IMG/VR virus record: IMGVR_UViG_3300017783_000001
DNA from: a virus
Length of the DNA: 64,000 bases
Direction: 5' to 3' (one strand)
Positions 58,927 through 64,000 of this stretch are shown piece by piece. Position numbers and translations under genes: made by a program. The notes below the pieces were generated by a model. That model did no database searches and was not told the origin of the DNA. It saw nothing but the letters and a program-made list of their open reading frames with translations. Position 1 is the stretch's first letter. Every line of letters begins with the position of its first letter.

Positions 58927-61900
58927 TTATCTACCAATACCAGCATTCCACATTTGTGAACGACCCGTTGATGAGTAAGTTGCACTAGCGTGGTGTCCTA
59001 GGTTATTGTTGTTTGAGTAACCCCAAAGCAAGACTTGTCCATCTTCTGTTCCAACCATTGGTTGTAATCCGTAATAGCTAGTTGATTGGTCAATACCTTG
59101 AATACACATAGTTCTAATTCTAGTTCCTGCAGGTACAAAAGCGTGGAAAGGTTTGTATGTTCCATCTTCACCGTTCCAGTTATCTCCAGCAACACTATTT
59201 GGCATAGAACCGTATACATCACGGCCTTGACTAAAGAATTCACCATTATCTGTTAACCAATAACTTCTACCTTGGTCTGAATATGTATTACATATACAAA
59301 CTTCTTTTAGGTTAGTTATCTTATCTACTTGTACAGGTGCCTGGTTTGTTCCAGTTCCACCATCACCAGAGTTGTAGTATCCACCACTATGTCCAGCAGT
59401 CCAAGTTTCACCATTTTTCAATCTCATAAATGTTGTATGATATCCATTCCAGTACATTGTCCAGAAGTCTGCTATATCTCCATTAGGAGAAGCAGTTGAT
59501 TGAGTTAATTGTGTTCTATTAGATGTTGAGTTATCAACAAAGTTACCATAACCGTTGTAACCTGTTGCCCATATAAATCCGTTTCCGTCTAATATGTAGA
59601 AAGCAGAATTAGATGAGTGAGCGTCACCTTGCCATACAGCGATACCACCATTGTCAGCAGCAACAAATCCAGTCATTAATACTGGTCTGTATTTGTCAGT
59701 TGTTGTTGTATCTCCTAATTGGCCGATGTTGTTTCTTCCCCAACCGTAAATGTTGTCTTGTGATGTTCTAGCATAGAATGAAGTACTATCTCCACCAGTT
59801 GCTAAAATATCAATAATTTTTTCGTCATTAAAGAATTCTCTTGGTATTCTCTTAGGACCGTATGCGTTTTGTGTTCTACCGTCTCCGATTTCACCGTAAC
59901 CATTGTAACCCCAAGTATATACATCTCCATCATCTGTTAATCCGCAAGGAGTATGAGTTGAATCTTCGTTCATTAATTTCATTGCGATTTTGATAAAGTG
60001 TACATCTTCTAATCCGTCAGGTGACATTGCAGAACCAGGAGCACCATCATAACCAGTACCTTGTTGACCGTGTGAACCGTAACCACCGTGGAATACTTGT
60101 CCATTGTCAAACAAAATCATTGTTCCGTCGTAAGACATTTCAATTTGAATAGCTCTAGGTGTTCTCATTCTGTCATAACGAGTCCACTTACTACTTCTTC
60201 TTTCGTTGTAACCGCCTTCGTTTCTGTTTTCAGAATTGTAGAAATCTCTCCATCTAAAGGTTACTTCTCTAAAGTATGAAGAAGAACGGTCTTGTTCCAT
60301 ATTGCTTGATGAAGTACCGTGTCCGATTGTCCATACAGAACCATTTTTATCAATGTACATATGACATCTGTAAATGTTAGCACCACTAGAATGACCGTGT
60401 TTATATGGCCACGCAATAGGTCCTTTGTTCGGGAACCAAACACCAGCACCTTGTTCTTGGTTGTTCATTCCAGCCCAAGATTCCCAGCAGTTGTGGTACG
60501 ATTGAATATGTGCAGGATAATTCTTACCTGTCTCATTGTTTTGTTCGTGTTCACTTCTTCCAGTTAATCTTCCAGAAGTAACCGTTGATTTAGTCATCAA
60601 TGGCGACCTTGTAGGTTCTTGGAATCCGTGTTGAGGTGGTCTTCCTCTATTGTCTCTTAAACATCTGTATAAACCAGTACCGTGTTTGTAAAATTTCTCA
60701 CCAGTAGAAAGTCTTTTAAATGGTTTGTATGAAACAATATCATTATAGTTATATTGTGTATTAGGACTAAACTCTCCTCTAAATCTCATAGAAGATTGTA
60801 CTTTGTCCCAATGTCTGTAACCTCTCCAAGACTTTTCAATGTCCCAACCGAATGTGTTATACATTCCAGAAGTTTGTCTAGCAGTCGTTGTAGGTTCTAA
60901 ACAGAATGGATATATCTTTGTACTTTCAGCGTCTGATTGTGTTGCTTGATAAGGAATAGTTATCTCAACATATCTTCCTGCCATATGTTCAAAAGTATAT
61001 TTGTTTCCACCTTTAACTTTACCATTAGGCATAGTTCTAGGATAGTTTCTATCTTTTGTATTATTATCATTGAAAAATGTTTCAATGTAAGTGTTTTCGT
61101 CAACTTGTATGTTGTTTAAGTAATATTTAACAACACCGTTTTTGTTGTAACCTTGCCACTTTTTAATATTTCCAGGAGCGTATGTTTTTCCAAGATTTGT
61201 TGAAACATCAAAAGTTTCAGCAGCTTGACCCATACCAGAATGAGCATTACAATATAAGTAAAGTTTTGCTGTTCCGTTTCTTAATTTAATTTCTGTGTAT
61301 GCACCTCTGTTTCCAGGAGTACCTACATATTTAACACCAGCAGTAAGTTCAGCACCACCACCGTGTGTTCCGTCAGAAGTTGTAGATAGTTTTAATAAAT
61401 GTCCAGCATTTGTACTATCAGATTGGTCAAACTTATAAGTTTTTCCTTCTTCTAACATAATTGAAGTTGCAGTTGGTAAAACACCATCAATGTAGTATTT
61501 GTTTCCTGAACCAGGATTAGCAACTGAAACTTGCATTGTTCTTTCAACATTTGCTGTTGGGTCTGTAAGTTTCGGCATATACAAGTCTACTAAATTTTCG
61601 TTTGAAGTAGGACTTGCACCTAGAGCAGTAGTTGTTCCAGCACCAGCATTTGTAATTGCTTGATAAGCACCTGCGATACCACCAACCGTTGCAGTTGAAG
61701 CTTCGCCAACTAATTGATAAACAGGTTTACCATTTACTAATAATATCTTTCTTCCGGCACTATCGTTTGTAGTTGTTGTATCGTCTCTTTGTTGAGTGAT
61801 TACAGCAGAAACATTAGAACCAACTTTTAATGCACCTTGAACATACACATATGAGTGTGTGCTTCCAGTGATTGAATGATATTCAGTTGAGTCACCTGTG

Positions 61901-63030
61901 TTAATATAAATTGTTTTTCTTGCGTGTGCAGAAACACCACCTGATGTTTGTCCTGCCCAAGCATTTGATACTTGTAAGTATGTGTTATTACTAGCGTCTG
62001 TCAATACAGATACAACGGTATCTTTTAATTGAGTTCCGTCTGAATGTAAATGTCCTTGTAATGATGGACTTGCTTCTGTTTCCCAACCAGGTACATCACC
62101 TTGGTCAAAAGAAAGTTTATGAGCAACACCAGCACCACCTCTTCTTGTATCTTCAGCAATTGCAGCCGCTTCAGTTTTGTACATAGGTGAAAAGAATCCA
62201 CTATCACCATTTGAAGCAGTACCTTTAACATAGTAAGGTCCATCAGGATCTTGTCCTAATGACTTACCAGTATCGCCGGCATTGTGTATACCGTCAGAAG
62301 TATAAGAGAAACCTAATGGATAATATTTGTTATTAGGTTTGTCTTGTGAAAATCTGTATGTGTGTCCTTCTTTAAAGTTTTCCCAGTTTCTATAACCTTC
62401 AAATTGTCTACCTTTAGTATCGTTACCTACTCGGTTATCAATTTTGAAATCTGGAACACCACCTGATACATTAACCTCTACACTAAAAGTATTGTGTACA
62501 GGCATATAATGGTATTTAAAGTAATTTTGTTCGTAATGATTATATGTGTCTAATTGGTCATAGTCATCTTCGCATTGAGCAAACATTGCGTCATACTCAC
62601 CCATTAAGTTTTGTTGATGGCGAACAACCGTTCCTAATGATGAATCAATATAATCGTGTCTAATTTCATTTGCACCGTCTTCGTTAGAGCCGTAAGTAGA
62701 GTTTTTTGTGATAGGATTACCGTCTTGGTCAGTTCTACTTGTTTCGCCTCTTCTTTCATTTTCAGTCCAATATTGTGTATGATTAAAAGTGCTATCTACA
62801 CCATTGAAGTTCGGGTCATTTGACCAGAAGTCACCAGTATAGTCTTTTGGATTATATCCAAATATTTTTGTACCAGGAGCATACGCAGAAGAACCATCAG
62901 CAAAGTATTCTTGTTTCATAATCCACATTGCGTTATTATGATAAACAATATCGTCTCGTCTGTATTGTTGGTCCTTATTGAATTCTCCTTGGAATTGTAA
63001 TTTAATTCTTCCGAGATTAATTTTTGCCAT
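58927..63030 (-). CDS. Large fibre protein: CBM-like modules, cupredoxin-like domains and RCC1 propeller
   Basis: MAKINLGRIK start; YKFDQSD..N.GH...YCNAHSGMG; WGYNGYGEIG and WGRNNIGQLG repeats; late promoter at 63060-67. Confidence 0.75.
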   Translation of the reverse strand: MAKINLGRIKLQFQGEFNKDQQYRRDDIVYHNNAMWIMKQEYFADGSSAYAPGTKIFGYNPKDYTGDFWSNDPNFNGVDSTFNHTQYWTENERRGETSRTDQDGNPITKNSTYGSNEDGANEIRHDYIDSSLGTVVRHQQNLMGEYDAMFAQCEDDYDQLDTYNHYEQNYFKYHYMPVHNTFSVEVNVSGGVPDFKIDNRVGNDTKGRQFEGYRNWENFKEGHTYRFSQDKPNNKYYPLGFSYTSDGIHNAGDTGKSLGQDPDGPYYVKGTASNGDSGFFSPMYKTEAAAIAEDTRRGGAGVAHKLSFDQGDVPGWETEASPSLQGHLHSDGTQLKDTVVSVLTDASNNTYLQVSNAWAGQTSGGVSAHARKTIYINTGDSTEYHSITGSTHSYVYVQGALKVGSNVSAVITQQRDDTTTTNDSAGRKILLVNGKPVYQLVGEASTATVGGIAGAYQAITNAGAGTTTALGASPTSNENLVDLYMPKLTDPTANVERTMQVSVANPGSGNKYYIDGVLPTATSIMLEEGKTYKFDQSDSTNAGHLLKLSTTSDGTHGGGAELTAGVKYVGTPGNRGAYTEIKLRNGTAKLYLYCNAHSGMGQAAETFDVSTNLGKTYAPGNIKKWQGYNKNGVVKYYLNNIQVDENTYIETFFNDNNTKDRNYPRTMPNGKVKGGNKYTFEHMAGRYVEITIPYQATQSDAESTKIYPFCLEPTTTARQTSGMYNTFGWDIEKSWRGYRHWDKVQSSMRFRGEFSPNTQYNYNDIVSYKPFKRLSTGEKFYKHGTGLYRCLRDNRGRPPQHGFQEPTRSPLMTKSTVTSGRLTGRSEHEQNNETGKNYPAHIQSYHNCWESWAGMNNQEQGAGVWFPNKGPIAWPYKHGHSSGANIYRCHMYIDKNGSVWTIGHGTSSSNMEQDRSSSYFREVTFRWRDFYNSENRNEGGYNERRSSKWTRYDRMRTPRAIQIEMSYDGTMILFDNGQVFHGGYGSHGQQGTGYDGAPGSAMSPDGLEDVHFIKIAMKLMNEDSTHTPCGLTDDGDVYTWGYNGYGEIGDGRTQNAYGPKRIPREFFNDEKIIDILATGGDSTSFYARTSQDNIYGWGRNNIGQLGDTTTTDKYRPVLMTGFVAADNGGIAVWQGDAHSSNSAFYILDGNGFIWATGYNGYGNFVDNSTSNRTQLTQSTASPNGDIADFWTMYWNGYHTTFMRLKNGETWTAGHSGGYYNSGDGGTGTNQAPVQVDKITNLKEVCICNTYSDQGRSYWLTDNGEFFSQGRDVYGSMPNSVAGDNWNGEDGTYKPFHAFVPAGTRIRTMCIQGIDQSTSYYGLQPMVGTEDGQVLLWGYSNNNNLGHHASATYSSTGRSQMWNAGIGR

Positions 63031-63067
63031 TTTTATTTTCCTATCTTAATTGTTCTTTATATTTATA

Positions 63068-64000
63068 CTATCCTAAAACAGCGGGTTGTGGCATAGAGCA
63101 ATAGTCTCCGTCGTTTTGACCTTGCATATGGTCTCCACCGTAACCCCAAATTAGGTATCTGTTATCAAAAGTTCTAATTTCTCTAAAGTGGTATCTGTTA
63201 CCGTCTGTAGAGTAGTAACCTCGTCCTCTTACATCTTCAACTCTTCCGTGAGCGTAATTAGGCATTCTTTGCATTTGGAAATAGTAATCATCTGTTTCTT
63301 CAATACCATTAGTTGATTGTCTGTCATTATAAGAAGACGACCAACCTTGAGCACCTATTCCATAATTATTTCTTCCAGTATTAAACATAAATCCGTCATA
63401 TGTTAATACCCATACATTACACATCCATTGGTTACCATATTCACTATTACAACCAATGTCTTTAATGTTGTGTAAGTCAGAAGTTGTAGTTCCATTTATC
63501 TGCCATTTTGGTGAAACAGCAGCAGTTTGATTTGTTGAGTTTCCAATACCAAGTTCATAGTTACCATTGTAACCACAACACTTAATTTCGTCTTTACTAT
63601 CTTTAGTCCAGAAACTTGCGTATCTGCCGTTTCCTGTAAACCACATATTTTGACAATCAGAATATGTTCCACTACCTGGACCATTAGACATAATTGTAAA
63701 TGTGCTTACATCTGTAGTATTACCCATCATCGCCCAACCGTATTCATTTCTTCCACACCAATATATCTTACCTTTTTCAGTAAGAATGGCACATCTTTGA
63801 TATGATTGTTGCGAGTCTACTAATAATTTTTTAATCTTACCAGGATTACTTGCACCGTTATCCCAAACGATAGTTGGAATTTCAGTTGGTACTGATAAGT
63901 TAGTTGTGTTACCGTGTCCTAAAACACCGTAACCGTTGTAACCCCAAGTATATAATTTACCGGTTACATCTAAAGCAAAACAGAAAGCGTATCCTGCACC
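63068..64000 (-). CDS. Partial RCC1-repeat fibre protein (starts beyond the window)
   Basis: Frame open to 64000: ...LYTWGYNGYGVLGHG..., CGYNGNYELG. Confidence 0.75.
   Translation of the reverse strand, partial: GAGYAFCFALDVTGKLYTWGYNGYGVLGHGNTTNLSVPTEIPTIVWDNGASNPGKIKKLLVDSQQSYQRCAILTEKGKIYWCGRNEYGWAMMGNTTDVSTFTIMSNGPGSGTYSDCQNMWFTGNGRYASFWTKDSKDEIKCCGYNGNYELGIGNSTNQTAAVSPKWQINGTTTSDLHNIKDIGCNSEYGNQWMCNVWVLTYDGFMFNTGRNNYGIGAQGWSSSYNDRQSTNGIEETDDYYFQMQRMPNYAHGRVEDVRGRGYYSTDGNRYHFREIRTFDNRYLIWGYGGDHMQGQNDGDYCSMPQPAVLG

Noticed and set aside
1146-61119. Numerous plus-strand ORFs in the track (e.g. 1146-1472, 18232-18606, 28622-29140, 57769-58050)
   Set aside because: They are antisense shadows of well-supported minus-strand genes, with no recognisable motifs and Ser/Leu/Phe-rich composition typical of reverse frames.
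1-64000. CRISPR array, IS element, integrase or rRNA
   Set aside because: No regularly spaced direct repeats, transposase/integrase motifs or rRNA-like sequence seen.

Overview
A 64 kb, AT-rich segment of a marine T4-like myovirus. It is most consistent with a Pelagibacter/SAR11-type (HTVC008M-like) alphaproteobacterial phage; the host is inferred from bS21, peptide deformylase, Hsp20, Shemin-pathway ALAS and PcyX. Essentially all real genes lie on the minus strand. Right to left: three RCC1-repeat fibre proteins; a heme/bilin cassette (HO-like, HemO, PcyX, ALAS); gp13-gp23 morphogenesis genes; an AlkB/XylM-type membrane di-iron monooxygenase; gp3, uvsY, uvsW, gp55, gp47/46 and PDF; a tailoring-enzyme cluster (GNAT+Asp/Asn-hydroxylase, PLP enzyme, 2OG oxygenase, two MTases); CobT/CobS-like genes, bS21, Hsp20, peroxiredoxin, gp45/44/62 and regA; a RimK-RimB-like fusion, ferredoxin and gp43; an MT-A70/GIY-YIG/MTase trio; uvsX, gp41, two tRNAs; and a late operon of small enzymes (Adk, MazG, SET, P-loop kinase, PAP2-like). 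Sigma70-type (TTGACA-17-TATAAT) and T4 late (TATAAATA) promoters are clearly visible. Best leads: (1) a possible DNA hypermodification cluster; (2) depletion of GATC and GCATC except where the site overlaps GGAT, a possible footprint of the phage's own DNA modification; (3) T4 capsid-targeting-like N-termini on Adk, a kinase and the RimK-protease fusion, suggesting injected enzymes; (4) a late-transcribed bilin cassette with a His-less HO paralogue; (5) a lone plus-strand promoter near uvsW (origin or antisense candidate); (6) structured RNAs around hsp20. All calls come from motif recognition by eye; no searches were run.
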